A DNA stretch of 64,000 nucleotides, taken from Dicyema japonicum (Eukaryota; Animalia; Dicyemida). The notes beneath the pieces are model-generated. The model searched no databases. It worked only from the letters and a program-made list of their open reading frames with translations, and was not told the origin of the DNA. The translations under genes and the position numbers were made by a program. Positions 1 through 12,146 of the stretch are shown here, piece by piece (the stretch's first letter is position 1; every line of letters starts with the position of its first letter). The DNA is taken from the NCBI GenBank assembly GCA_011109175.1, contig RDEW01000017.1:906671-970670 (forward strand), in the 5' to 3' direction.

Positions 1-614
1 CCCGAGTGCTCCCTTCTGGTAGACAATATCAACGTAAATATCAGCAGAATATGACATATTCCTTTGACGGCACTAAAGTGACCCACGTCAACAACTTCAT
101 TCGGATAAATATCTCGCATAGCTCCTAATCCGTCTGATACTTCAGGGTGACCAACATAGATATCCTTATATCTGAGAATGATATCACATATTACTCTATA
201 AACAAGCTTCCTGTGGCAAATGAGTAAAATTGATTCTGTGCCCTCACAATCTCTTTAATCTAATAATAATGGAAGTAACAACGTGTTTTTGAACGAAACT
301 GTTGAACGAATTAATTTGCATCTTCACTAATCCACCAAAGTGAAGATATTGAGGAAGAAAGGACTCCGTACCCTACAATTTATATCAAACTAAGACTTTA
401 AACTCTCTTAAGTGTGATCGATCATTTAAATACAACTCTGAAAATCTTTGGTTACTATTGCGTAAATAATAATAATTACTGCATCCACTAATAAATTCTA
501 AAGCGTTCACTGTTTTTAAACGTTTATTATTTGTTATTTAGGTTAACCACTTAATAATTATTTTTAAAATATTATTAATTTTATAATATTCAATCTTAAA
601 ATACGAAAATGATA

Positions 615-835
615 AAACCAAAAGTTCTACCGGCTCGCTAAGAAATTTCCGTCTCAAATCGGCTTCCTCTGTAAAGATCAAAAAAGGCATTTCCGGTCGA
701 CAGTAGGTACAATGGAGACACACAGGCTTCGGATGGCACGTTTGGTTGCGGGAACTAAGATCACCTAACTATTTGACATTACTTTTGTATTTTTTCTCGG
801 TGATCTCGGGGTTAATAAATAAAATAATAAAAGTT
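615..835 (+). mobile_element. 3' remnant of a divergent Ingi/Vingi-like LINE subfamily
   Basis: Aligns by eye with the 3' end of the LINE at 22050-22260 (aagaaatttccgtctcaaatcggcttcctctgtaaag vs aagaaattcccttcccctatcggattcctctgcaag; gatcacctaact; ctcggtgatctcggggttaataaa tail). Confidence 0.7.
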
Positions 836-869
836 CTGTATTTTCGATATCCCAATAATACTCCCATGT

Positions 870-1965
870 CTCAATTGAATTTGACAAAAACGTGACTATT
901 AAGAACACGTGTTTGTAAATGGCAATATCACCCTAATTATGGAAAATATTAAATTTTAAACAGAAGGATGCCTAATGAATTATGGAATGATATGCAGTTA
1001 GTTATCAGGAACGCTGCAATAAAACATGTCAAATATAAAACGCCGGCCAAGTGCTCTGAGTGACTTTCTGCCAACACCCTAAACATTGCTGAGGCTCGTA
1101 AAGCTGCTAAAGTCTCTGGGAATATAGACTAGAAAATAAAACTCAACTCTGAGTTCAAAAGGGCAGCCAGGAAAGATAAAGACTACTGGATGTTACGCTG
1201 CAAAAAATGGAAAATGACTATAAGAGAGGTCACACTAGGAATGCGTATTTACAACTAAAAAGATTACGAACCCCCTTTACGAAAATGATGGACAAAATCA
1301 AGGACAAAGATGGTGTTGAATTACTAAGCCAACAGACATCCGAAATCGTCGGCTATATTCAGAAACTGTGTTCCCACCCATATGTGTTAATGAAGCAACG
1401 TTGGGTGAGAGGCATAAAATCCTTGAGGAGGAATGCGTGTGGGCTACACGGCAATTAACGGGGAACAAGACACCGAGGATTGACAACATCTCAAGCGAAT
1501 TATTGAAGGCTATACCGGTGACAGCTATCACCAGTCTATGTCAAAAAAGTTGGGAAACTGGTATTTGGCCACGTGAGTGGAAAAGATCTATATTTATTCC
1601 AATACCGAAAAAAGGGGATACCAAGGACTGTTCAAACTATCGTACAATAGCCTTAATTCCCCACGTCCGCAAAATACTTTTAAAGATAATACAACATCGT
1701 CTAATGCCAAAATGATTCTACCGGATGTCCAAACAAGATTCAGGAAGGGACAAGGCACACGTGACCAAATGTCCGGTGGATTATGGAGAAAGCCCATGAA
1801 TCCCAAAAGAGTGTATACATGTGCTTCATTGACTATCGGAAAGCTTTTGATTCCGTTATACATGACAAGCTGTGGTCCGCTTTAAAAGAATTTGGATTCG
1901 ATGCCCATCTGACATTGCTTATCAAATCTCTTTAAAGGATCAAGAAGCTATCATTCCCACAGAAT
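870..1965 (+). mobile_element. RTE-clade non-LTR retrotransposon fragment (APE-RT linker and RT N-terminus), frameshifted
   Basis: ORF 1368-1715 KTPRIDNISSELLK...WETGIWPREWKRSIFIPIPKKGDTKDCSNYRTIALIPH matches the RTE/BovB pre-RT motifs; it continues in broken frames as FRKGQGTRDQ and FIDYRKAFDSV. Confidence 0.88.
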
Positions 1966-2069
1966 GATCCAATCAAGTGAGGAAAATTGAGATACACAAA
2001 TATCTGTCAAATAAAAGTGGAGGAGATAAATCGACGGGGAATGTGAGGAGCTAGTAGGGGGGAGCTAAC

Positions 2070-2637
2070 ATGATACTAGCTGTCTGTGCTTGTATTGGTA
2101 CAGCTGATACCACGATCTCTTGTACTCCCTTTTTGTGAAGATTTTTATGGTGATTTTGTTGAACTTGATTTACTTGGCTAACGACGGGTACAACGAGAAA
2201 GACTCTAATAGTCTACAAATAGTAAATGTAACCTATTCCCACGGTCGCGGAAAGAGAGTCCTTTTAATCAGACCCCTTCTTCCAAGAGACAGTGACACGA
2301 TTAAAAAGGCTGAGAGAACCATTTTGATTCACAGGGAGTCTCTGAGCCGCGCTGAGACTGCATTCTCAATTTCATTGAAGTCTCCTTTACCATTCATCCA
2401 ACCACCCCAGTTTTGAAGACGATTAGGAATGAAGTGATCTCTATGGGCTTAGTGCTTCTTCAATTTCCTCTGTTCGGCGGATTCGGCATTTGGGGAGTCA
2501 AGATTGCCAGAAACACAAAGCGTGAAGCGGAAATTGAGTTTATCCACGTCAAATCCAAAACGAGAGATCCTACACGTGAAAATGAGAAAAATTATAATCC
2601 CATCAAGTCTCTTCTAATCTCCACGGTCAGCCCCTAG
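2070..2637 (+). CDS. Possible small membrane protein (hypothetical, spliced)
   Basis: ORFs 2120-2416 and 2413-2637 join in frame if gttttgaagacgattag (2410-2426, 17 nt) is spliced out. Hydrophobic stretch VISMGLVLLQFPLFGGFGIWGV. No family recognised. Confidence 0.22.
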
Positions 2638-2806
2638 AGTTCTATGCGAGGCAGATAACAGTCGACTCAAGACCACGTTTGATGTTGTCATATGGCCGTT
2701 GTGCCTAAGGGACCTCACAACGCTCCTTCTGAGGAAAGAGGACACATCATCCTGGTCACGACAATTTAATAAATAAAATAATAATAATATTAATTCAAAT
2801 TATTTT

Positions 2807-5343
2807 ATGAAAGTACTTTGTTGTGTTGTTTTATAAAAAGGACAGTTACTTAGACGCACTAAATACAGTGAAGAATTGTGCCTCTGACGATTTTACATTT
2901 CTACCAGACAACATTGACAGTCTATTAGATTCTATTGATTGGTTATTTCAACAATCTGATCTACAAAAAGGTAATATCCCTCTCATTACCCAGAAAAACA
3001 CCTTCAGCTAACCCACTCAGGAGAAATGAAATTGCTTATTTTTTTTAAAAACAAAATATCTCTGGACAACCTCACAAACACTAACTTGGTAAAATCCATC
3101 AGTCTCTTTTCCCGGAACAATGATTCTGTCACCATGGCCAAGAAGTTCCTCCCTCTAAGAAACTTACAGAAAGATGTGGTCGACAATGTAGTGGACAAGT
3201 TTTTGAAGGATAAGAAACCTGACTCAGTAATTTGTCGGAACTATTAAGGCTTTCAGGGCTATTGAGTTGACTGGGAGTAATGACACTCGACTTGTCTCTA
3301 AAGTTGTTACCCAATTGGTGTCTTCTCGAAAGGGGGATATGGCAGATAAAATGCTCAAATCTAACCCAAAACTTCAAATGGACGTTGTTACCTGCTTGGA
3401 TGGACAACTGGGCACGTTTTATCGTTATTATAGGCAAGGGAGATAAACGGAAGAGTAACCAAAAAAGTGTACCACAACAAGTCGCCGGATGGATCAGAAA
3501 GACCGCCAAAAATTCAAAAATTCCACCTCGTGAGGTTTTTTTATTAAAATGCTAGAATGTTATAAAAATACAATTTCAGACCAAATTTCCGCAAAACTTG
3601 GGTTTCTACTGAGGCTTCACTACAAAGGCTCTTCTTCAGTATTTTTGGCTATAATTTTCAGAAATCGATTTCCATCCACGCTCTTGTCGAAAACGTCAGG
3701 GTATAATCATTTTGCTTGTTTTAGCACATTCTTGCGACTGAGTCTTCAACGCTGGGGACTGAAGTGATCAAGACAATCTTTTTTAGTAACGTTAAAAATT
3801 ATGCTGCTCCATTTTTCAACCAGTGGAAGTATTTCTTAAAAAATATGAACAGGGGGAACTTTGATTATTCGAGCTTGGTTGTCACTCTTTTTATTTGTAG
3901 GAACGTACTGGTAAGGTAGAACCATTTTACCCTTTACCGTCCTCTGTTGAGGTGGTCTTTGTCGACAAACCTCACCATTTGGAGGAGGTTATAAACTTCA
4001 TTGCCACGGTAGTCCATAGTTATGAGGAGTACTTTAGAATTGCGACAAAATAGGAGTGGACGCCGAACTCAGTCTGGATTCCTCAACGTCATATGTTTCT
4101 GACCTCGCTCTTGTGCAACTTTCCACCACTAATACTGTTTTCATAATCGACTATTTGTCTCTGAAGACTGAACTGTGCTTGTGGGACCTCCTAAAATCCT
4201 CAGTGATAGCCAACAAGGATATCGCCAAGATTGGTTTATCTCCCTCTAACAGTAGGCTTTGGTGTTACAAATGACATTTCCTATATAAAGTCAAGCACGA
4301 CAATACAGTCAGCCCATATTGTAGAATTGGACAGAATTGCCCCCCATGTAGTAATTGGTGGCATTTGTAGTTGATTAATAAGGGTGGTAACTTACCCCGA
4401 TTTATAAACACGCCATGGGTGGACTCTACAGAGGGATTGAAGGGACTGTCAAAATTGTGCTGTTATGTTTTTGGGAGAAAGCTTGATAAGTCTGAGTGTT
4501 TATCAGACTGGACTCTTCGACCTCTGAGATCTCGTCAGATTTCCTACGCAGGTTGTACTGTTGGTTATATGTAGCCTTGGACGCCTATATCTCCCTGGAA
4601 TTGCACGAGGCGTCCCTGCTTGTGTCCAAGATGTTTGGTTGTCTCAGTGAACTGAGGGACGATTCGACTGTTTATGTTATTAAGCATGAAGAGAACGCTG
4701 TCTGTGTGGAAGTGTTACTTTAGAAGGACTCAGATGTGTCTAGTCTCAGGGAGGTCGGAGATAGTCGGAAAGTACCTATCTTTGTCGATGAAAGACTGTC
4801 CCCACTTGGACGACTTCTTAGGAAGGATGGGAGACATGTAATCTTTGGGAATTACTCTGGGGTTCTCAAAGTTTTAAAATTTAGCCAAATTCAGTCGTAG
4901 TGAAGGTGGATTTTAAAGAAGATCCCTCATTTCTGGAAGATCTTTATTTCCGTGTTACTGGAAGGTCCATATCTGGTGATATGGCGTGTTGTGCTGTTGT
5001 ATTTGTTTGTCATTGTAAGGTTTGTGGAGTTGGGGATAAGATGAGGAGTGTGGAATGTGATGTGGTTATGTCTGTTTGGAATAGTATCGGTGATGATATT
5101 AAGGATATTTTTGGGAGACGACAATTTGGTAGACCATTTGGAGCTTTAAGTGAAAGCATATACTTTGACATTCGTTGTTATGCTAATCCACTTGGAAGGA
5201 CCAGTCTGTTGAATGATGACGGGAGTGTTGAGTCAATTGTGAGGGAGAATATGATGTTCTATTACCATGAGATGACTAATGGGAGTATTCCGCAAGAGTG
5301 GAAGGTCTGCTTGAACTGTAGGCACTTGATCCATATTTTATGA
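2807..5343 (+). CDS. EXD3: Exonuclease mut-7 / EXD3 / Nibbler homolog, multi-exon
   Basis: DEDD 3'-5' exonuclease motifs KIGVDAEL, DLALVQLST, KIGLS, GLKGLSKLCCYVFGRKLDKSECLSDWTLRPLRSRQISYA(ALDAY), followed by a Mut7-C-like IFVDERLSPLGRLLRKDG and Cys pairs. Micro-introns, e.g. gtaatatccctctcattacccag. Confidence 0.8.
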
Positions 5344-6184
5344 TTTTGTTAAATTTGCTTATTTTTATTTTCTTGTATGAGATGTTTGATTTAGTAATGG
5401 GTTTGTGACATTGTTTAAAAATATGTCATTTTTGTAGAAAAAGAGGTGTGATTCCGCTATTAAACGCCCACGTAATTAGTGCTGTCGCTCGCGTCGTAGG
5501 ATATTCTTCCTCCGAGTGGAGGATTTGGATAAAACCTATTTCGAGTGCATCTGTGGTTATTTTAAAAATATATAGAAACCTCACAGGATTAATGGTGGAT
5601 CTTAACTCAGTGCGTGCAAAATCCAGTTTTGCAGTGAGATATGACATTTAAAAAGTGACACAAAATGGTCAATTGTCATCTGTAAGACATTTGAACATGA
5701 ACACGTGTCTTTTTAAAAATTTTTATAACCACTCATTTGATGAGTTAAAAGTCTTGAAACGTAATCTATGAGGATTTTTAAAATCTAAGGGTCAACATGG
5801 AGATTACCAATTTTTTAATTAGCTGGCCACTACTTTGAAGTCTAAAAAAGTCATAATTAATTAATTTTGTTTAACGCCGAGGTTGTATTTTGAAAGAGTC
5901 TTCTGCATTTCTGCGCCAATCCTACAAGTGTGTAAAAAATAAAGATGAGGTTTTCTCAGAATCGAGGTCGGAATGTACTTAGTAGCAGCCAAATTTTGCC
6001 TTCTATCAGTTACACTCGAACACTAGCATCGATAATCAGTAACTGACTTCAACGTGGACTCTGTTTGGAAGATATTTATTTATTTAAAAAAGTTTGGGGG
6101 AAATAAAATATTTTATTATTAAATGATTGCATTTAAGGAGAATCATGTTAATTAGATGTTAATATTCTAGTTTATATTATCGGG

Positions 6185-7043
6185 TTATGCTGCATTGTCA
6201 ATGTCTTCTTTCCCCGTGCAAGGGTGGTGCCTCGTTGGAGGCTTAGTACCCCCAATTTTAGCAGAGAGTCTGGTCCCGGCGTGGTTGTAGTACTCATCCT
6301 TGTTTTTGAGAGCCATTCGAATCAGGTTTATCACATAGCCACGTTCTTTGCTTGATTAATTAATTCAACCATAAATTCCCGCGTTTAATAACCAATGCCG
6401 AATCACCTCAGCGTTACTGCACTGTAGAACCTGTCCCAATATTTTCATGACCTACGATTCAGTTTATCCCCCACCAAATGCTCGGTTTCCTCCAAGCCGC
6501 CATCCTTTTGTAAATTTTCAAGGTCCCTTAGTTTGTCACGGGTTTTCTGTCGTGATTGGGGGATCAAACGACCAGTCTGTGCGGAATATATGCATTCGGA
6601 CCGCGGAGGGGGTTTTGGCTGGGTCTGTTCGTCCCCCCTGGGCCTTTCCATGATATTATCGATGAGATTGTATAATTCTAACTTCCATGGATCGTGTTCT
6701 ATCTTGATCAGTATTAACCGTATTATAAACCCGACATGGTCTCCATATATCTTTGGAGTTGTTCACCTTGGACTGGGAGTCTATCCGTCCCCAAGTTCCT
6801 TCCACAGTTCGTCCAATCCATGGCTTTTGCTGGGAATCGGTTTTGTCGCGGAATATTTATAAAGTCCAGGACCGTGTCGTCCACATAGCAAATCGGCATA
6901 TTGCTGACTCCCGAAATGTGTCGGAGACGCTTGGAGTGGGGGTTATGCCGAGTGAAAAAGGAACTGCAGCTGTAGTCTCCGAAACGAAATCTCCTCCATG
7001 TGGGTTCGCACTCACCGTCTTTTTCCTTTACAAATTTGAACAT
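6185..7043 (-). CDS. TBATA: TBATA/SPATIAL family protein, multi-exon
   Basis: RFRFGDYSCSSFFTRHNPHSKRLRHISG..PICYVDD, IYSAQTGRLIP and ILGQVLQCSNAEVIRHWLLNA..ERGYVINLIRMAL match three recalled TBATA blocks (FGRLSHHSFFSRHHPHP, YSAETGRLIP, ILCQILETD...WLL.A..KEK). Start and end are approximate. Confidence 0.72.
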
Positions 7044-7249
7044 CTCCCAAATTACGTGAATCTCTTTTTAAACCAAATTTATCCCCATCTTAGTGGTGGA
7101 CGTCATCATTTGTGTAAATTAATCCACCAAATAAAGAACTTCCAAGCAACAACTTAAATAACAAAGTCGGGGTTGCCATAACGACTTGAGGACACTAATT
7201 TAGTATTACTGGTTTTGGGAGATGGATCCTTTACTGCCTGTCCCCTTCT

Positions 7250-8880
7250 CTCTCCCGGCTATTGCGTTGAGGAAACTCCATATTATCAGAATCTGTTACT
7301 CCCCGGGATTCGGATATTGACCAGCTCCCTCTCCACTTTGTTCTTCCGAGTACAGTCGGTTTGCTCTCTATTGGTGACGATTCAGATTAGCCCAGATAGC
7401 CACCCCCGCCTCTCAGGTGCTCTCTACTACCTTAAACAGCCAATTTTTTTATTCCTAACCAATGTGCCCGCTTCATCTGCATACAGTGACCTCAAAGTTG
7501 CAAGATTGGGGAAACATATCAACATGTTTGATTATGAATGGCCTCCCTAACACATGTGTATAACTGCATGAAGACTCCTGATATGGGAGAATAGAGAACA
7601 ACAACAGCATTGGAGTCCATTTCAGGTAGAATGCGTGGAAGATCTTCCATTTTCCGTTATAAGCTCAATGTACTCCGCGTTATTTCCTAAAGAATTGTTA
7701 CGTGCATTCTTAGTTGAAGCAGAACTGAGTTAAGCTTAAACTGAGTGATACCTCGACAGCATCTACCAATGCTTGAGCCATGAGTAAATTTAAAAGACCA
7801 CGGTGACTACTCACGTGATCCAGGCATACTCTAACAGAGATTTCAACGATGTTCTTCCCCCAGGCCCAACTGGATGGTTGTAGTTGCATGGCACGATCCT
7901 TGGTTCATAGGGATCAGGGAGGGGACCTTTGCGGAAGTCAATCACTCCGTAATTTTAAAAGCCCTTTTATGGCTTGTTTTGATCTTCAATGAATTTTTCC
8001 AAGAAATGAGTGCACCCCATGCCTTCCTCGCCTGCCTGTTCGCCAGTCTCCTCAGGCAGGTTCGATTCTGGTGCTGATACAGCTCCTAGAGCGCCTTGTC
8101 TAATTGAGCCCTCTGCCTCCTATACTCCAGTGTCAGACTCTCTAGGTTCAGCTTTAACCAGTGGACTGTAGATAGGCCTTGAGCTTCCTATCCACTCCTA
8201 ACTGTTTTAGATAACCCTTGTGGTACCTACCTTATCTCGATTAGAAGAAGTCATACTTGAAAGACACGAATCAAAATAAATGATAAAACACTAAGTTTGT
8301 GTGTCAGTCCAGAAGAGACGGCTGCCCAGCTAGTAAATAAATAAATTGAGGCATAATACTTATGCGCAACAGAAGAGACAATTTTAGATGTTACCCTCCT
8401 TGTATCTTTTGATTTCAGACATTGTTGACCAATCAATAAATGAGGTACTATCCTTGACGGATACTTTTTCCGCTTACTCAGATGAGACCTTGGAAGTTTT
8501 AGGAATCAGAGTACCGCATTTTGTTGAGAAAGATGGACGTCTTGCAAGATCACGTGACGAAGCAATAACTCTTCTAGAAATTTAGGTTCGAAAAATTCGG
8601 TGGCTGCTCAATTTATTTAGTGTCCCCCATTTTAACTTAAAGGGTTAAAACCCCTTGTTTTGGAAAAAGAAGTCATCAATATCGGGGTTAGACTTTCTGG
8701 TCTAAATTAAAAGAACATGATACACATTGTAGACGAAGTCTCTTTCTTCCTGCACGATCCAATGTCCAATAGATGATATGAATTCGGTGACTCTCCATAA
8801 TTTGAGCAACCAATTTTTAATAGCGAAAGAGGTTTTATCCAGTTCCCCCTGTCGGAGTGGGATGTATCATTTTCATGCAT
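7250..8880 (-). CDS. Unidentified spliced gene (coiled-coil-like segments)
   Basis: Short coding-like segments separated by candidate micro-introns such as gtgtatcatgttcttttaatttag. No recognisable domain; strand not certain. Confidence 0.22.
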
Positions 8881-9030
8881 CAACTATTGTGGGAACCCTT
8901 CCACTTTAGTAGGGAAACAAAGGATTCCTTTTGGATGCCGACCAGGTATTGGGCATCTCCTGATTTAGGCGGATCAAATGAAGTTTCTAAGAATTCAAGA
9001 GGCAAAAAGCAGAAAGGAAATTATAATAAA

Positions 9031-9280
9031 TTAAAATTATTTTGATAGTGTTTGAATTCTAATTTTGGATAATTTATAAAAAATATTTTGATATTTTATA
9101 TTTATAAATATTAAATATTTTGTTAGTGGCTAACCTAAATTAAATAAATTTTTTTAAAATTATTTTGATAGTGTTTGAATTCTAATTTTGGATAATTTAT
9201 AAAAAATATTTTGATATTTTATATTTATAAATATTAAATATTTTTTTAGTGGCTAACCTAAATTAAATAAATTTTTTTAA
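9031..9280 (+). repeat. 123-bp tandem duplication (2 copies) upstream of the acidic microprotein gene
   Basis: ttaaaattattttgatagtg...ggctaacctaaattaaataaattttttt occurs at 9031 and 9154. Confidence 0.92.
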
Positions 9281-9297
9281 TCTATATTCTATACAAA

Positions 9298-9685
9298 ATG
9301 AGTTTCAAGATTTTACTGATTTTGTTTTCACTGTTGACCATCAATAAAATAAGTAAAAATATGCTAACGATAAATTTAGAATCTGCCAACACCGAAAATC
9401 CAGTAAGTGATGATCAAACTATTGGCGAACAAGTAGAAGAAAATGTAGTTACTGATTTTGTTTTCACTGTTGACCATCAATAAAATAAGTAAAAATATGC
9501 TAACGATAAATTTAGAATCTGCCAACACCGAAAATCCAGTAAGTGATGATCAAACTATTGGCGAACAAGTAGAAGAAAATGTAGAAGACTTAGAAGAAGA
9601 ATCAGAGAATGAAGAAGAAGAAAGTGATGAAAATGATGAAGATGATGATGATTCCGAAGAAGAAAGTGAGAATAACGCTGACTAA
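9298..9685 (+). CDS. Secreted Asp/Glu-rich microprotein, copy A (carries a 136-bp internal duplication)
   Basis: MSFKILLILFSLLTINK hydrophobic leader, 27-nt GT-AG intron at 9353-9379 (repeated at 9489-9515), acidic tail EDLEEESENEEEESDENDEDDDDSEEES. Paralogs at 32704 and 62697. Confidence 0.7.
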
Positions 9686-10876
9686 ATTGGCTTAATTTCG
9701 GTTTAAACTAACTTTTCTTTTTCTAACACGGGTGTCTTGGATTTTCCTTTATTTTATCTTCCAAACATATTAGAGGATATTACTTGTTAGGATAAACTAA
9801 ATATTTGTGGTTATGAAATGGTAGTATCAATTAACACAAGACCAAGAAATCACTATTAAATTGAGGAGTGAGGCTTTTTGGTAATCCTGACAACTCTCAG
9901 TAATTTCATCATTTACGTTTGGTGATCTTCCTTAGATTAACGTAAATTTTGTATTCTCGTTGTACAGTATTTTCGTTGCAATGATTGCGAGCCAGTCCTC
10001 CTGACTAGGGTCTTAAGGGGTAGAATCTTACAGGGGTAGAAAACTTTTTTGGAGTTCCTGTAATTAAGTACTAGAACTTGATCTTTATGTGTATTATTGG
10101 TAGACTCGTTCCCCATCTACATTCGATTAAATTCATATGGAATGTTCTGGAATAAATTTTGGAATAATACAAATTGATTTAGCCCTATGCAGATGTTCAT
10201 TTACCGATTATTGCTAAATCGAGATTACATGTCAAGTGCTCTCGATGTGGTTGAAATTTATTAAAATCAACCATGTTGTGGTTGAAACAGAGTCCAGTTC
10301 TTACTGTCACATAGAGTCCTTCCAATGTCACACAAATTCATACAGAACCAACATAAAAGGTAGAAGAAGTACATTCCTTGCAGCTGTGAGAACTCCTCCA
10401 GTGGAGTGGGAGAGCAAATGATTTTTTGACATGCCACTTTGGCACTGATCTCCACCGGAGACAGGTGGATAACCACTTTCGCGGGGGTACCCAGATCCAG
10501 ACGAAGTATATGTCAAACAGCCTACATCTCGCCTCAAGGTTCTCGACGAAATCGGTATGATCTTTGTTCTCTTATAGTTGATAGCTATCAGGAGCCTAGG
10601 AGTGAATGAATTATTTTCCTAATTTGTGATTCTTTCCCCCGTCGAGATCTGACTGACCAAACTACTCTATACCTTCCTGTTGTTAGATTTCTTATGGAGA
10701 CTCATGTCACAGATTATTTCCACCAGAGAATTCAACTTTGTATTCACCAGGAGGTTCCTTCTGTTACTTCCATGATAGACAATGAAGAGTTCACAAGTAT
10801 GTGTCTCCCGATCTTGCATTCCAACCTCCACCAATGATCAGAGTAGGAAGATTAAGTCGTATTCGTTTATATTTCA

Positions 10877-11089
10877 TTGCTGTCTGACTCTGATTTCTTG
10901 CGAGCAGCTGACGAATAGACCATATTTAAGAAGATCTCGGCATAACTGAGGTCTCTTTACATCGTCGATAAATTTCACGTGTTGCTGTCTGACTCTGATT
11001 TCTTGCGAGCAGCTGACGAATAGACCATATTTAAGAAGATCTCGGCATAACTGAGGTCTCTTCACATCGTCGATAAATTTCACGTGTTG
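10877..11089. repeat. 105-bp tandem duplication (2 copies)
   Basis: ttgctgtctgactctgatttc...gataaatttcacgt at 10877 and 10982; this produces the repeated 35-aa ORF at 10874-11083. Confidence 0.92.
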
Positions 11090-11399
11090 GATGAGCCAAA
11101 GAGTAGATCTCTAACCCTAACCCACAAGAACGGGTCGAATTTGTAATTGAATTCACTAAAAAAATTTAAATTAAAAAAATGCTTCGCCATTATATCCTTA
11201 TTAGGAAACACAGTATAATCGACATCTAAAACTTTCTTTCTTCACAAACTGATTTTTATTTTTAAGGAATTTAATTTGTCTCCGACGATAAAATAGTTTA
11301 AGAATTTCTCCGCATACTTGCATCTCACCGAAAATGGTTTCAAAGGAATTGGGACAAAACACAACGTGGCAGTTTGCTTAATGAAGTAGAATAGTCATC

Positions 11400-11870
11400 A
11401 AACATTTACCATCTCCCATATCTCAGAATCTCTGCTGCAAAGAATTCTGGTTCATGGTTTCATGTTTTTTTCGTTATTGGTTCATTTTGACGGAAAACCG
11501 CAGGTGTCGGGTGGTCCTGCGACTCACTCTCGATATCTGTTTAAGACACCGAGGCCCACGTGGTAGACATTAGAAACGAAAGGCCGTGTAAAAGAAACAC
11601 AAAGAGTTCCCCAGATGTGCAGTCTTAAATGCATATATCAAGAAAGCAATGGGGGACGCTGGCTTTGCTAACTACACGATAGTGTAAGTCTCGGCGAGAG
11701 ATCAGACGGACTTGCCGCGATGCCGTGGAACAAAGGAAGATGTTTAGCGTTGGACTTCCTATGCTCATGCACTCTCGAACATCAATCCTCTGAGATCGTC
11801 GGGGGTCAGCGTAGCTGAAAAGATAAAAAGGAAAAAATTCAGGTGCTACCAAACAAATTCTTCAACTAAT
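11400..11870 (+). mobile_element. Degenerate CRE-like non-LTR 3' fragment (restriction-like endonuclease)
   Basis: Broken frames give AKNSGSWFH, RVVLRLTL, AVLNAYIKKAMGDAGF and RSDGLAAMPWNKGRCLALDF, matching the RPDG..PW..G..L.WD motif. Confidence 0.6.
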
Positions 11871-12146
11871 TTGCGTGAAGACGTCTGAGTGCTCGACCTT
11901 GCAACATCAGGGTAGGAAAAGCCTATAACAACACAATGTCTCGCCCAAAACATGAGGGGTAACTCAATCCATGCACAGCGTCCTCAAGATAAAATGAGGT
12001 CAACCCGTATGATTTCCAATGCCAATAAAAACCGGGCCACTAATGACGACACAACAGCCTACTTACAATACAATGAGTGCACTGAGATTCAACGAAATCC
12101 TCAAATTAAGCCAAAACGAGTAAATTAATCTTAAAATCAACGCACA

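Noticed and set aside
2807-5343. mut-7/EXD3 lying in a transposon-rich region as a possible defence island
   Set aside because: It is an ordinary conserved gene and there is no other silencing gene nearby; the adjacency is uninformative.
9058-9075. AATTTTGG Sm-site-like motif, a possible spliced-leader RNA
   Set aside because: It is expected by chance in AT-rich DNA, and no SL exon, donor or hairpins were found.
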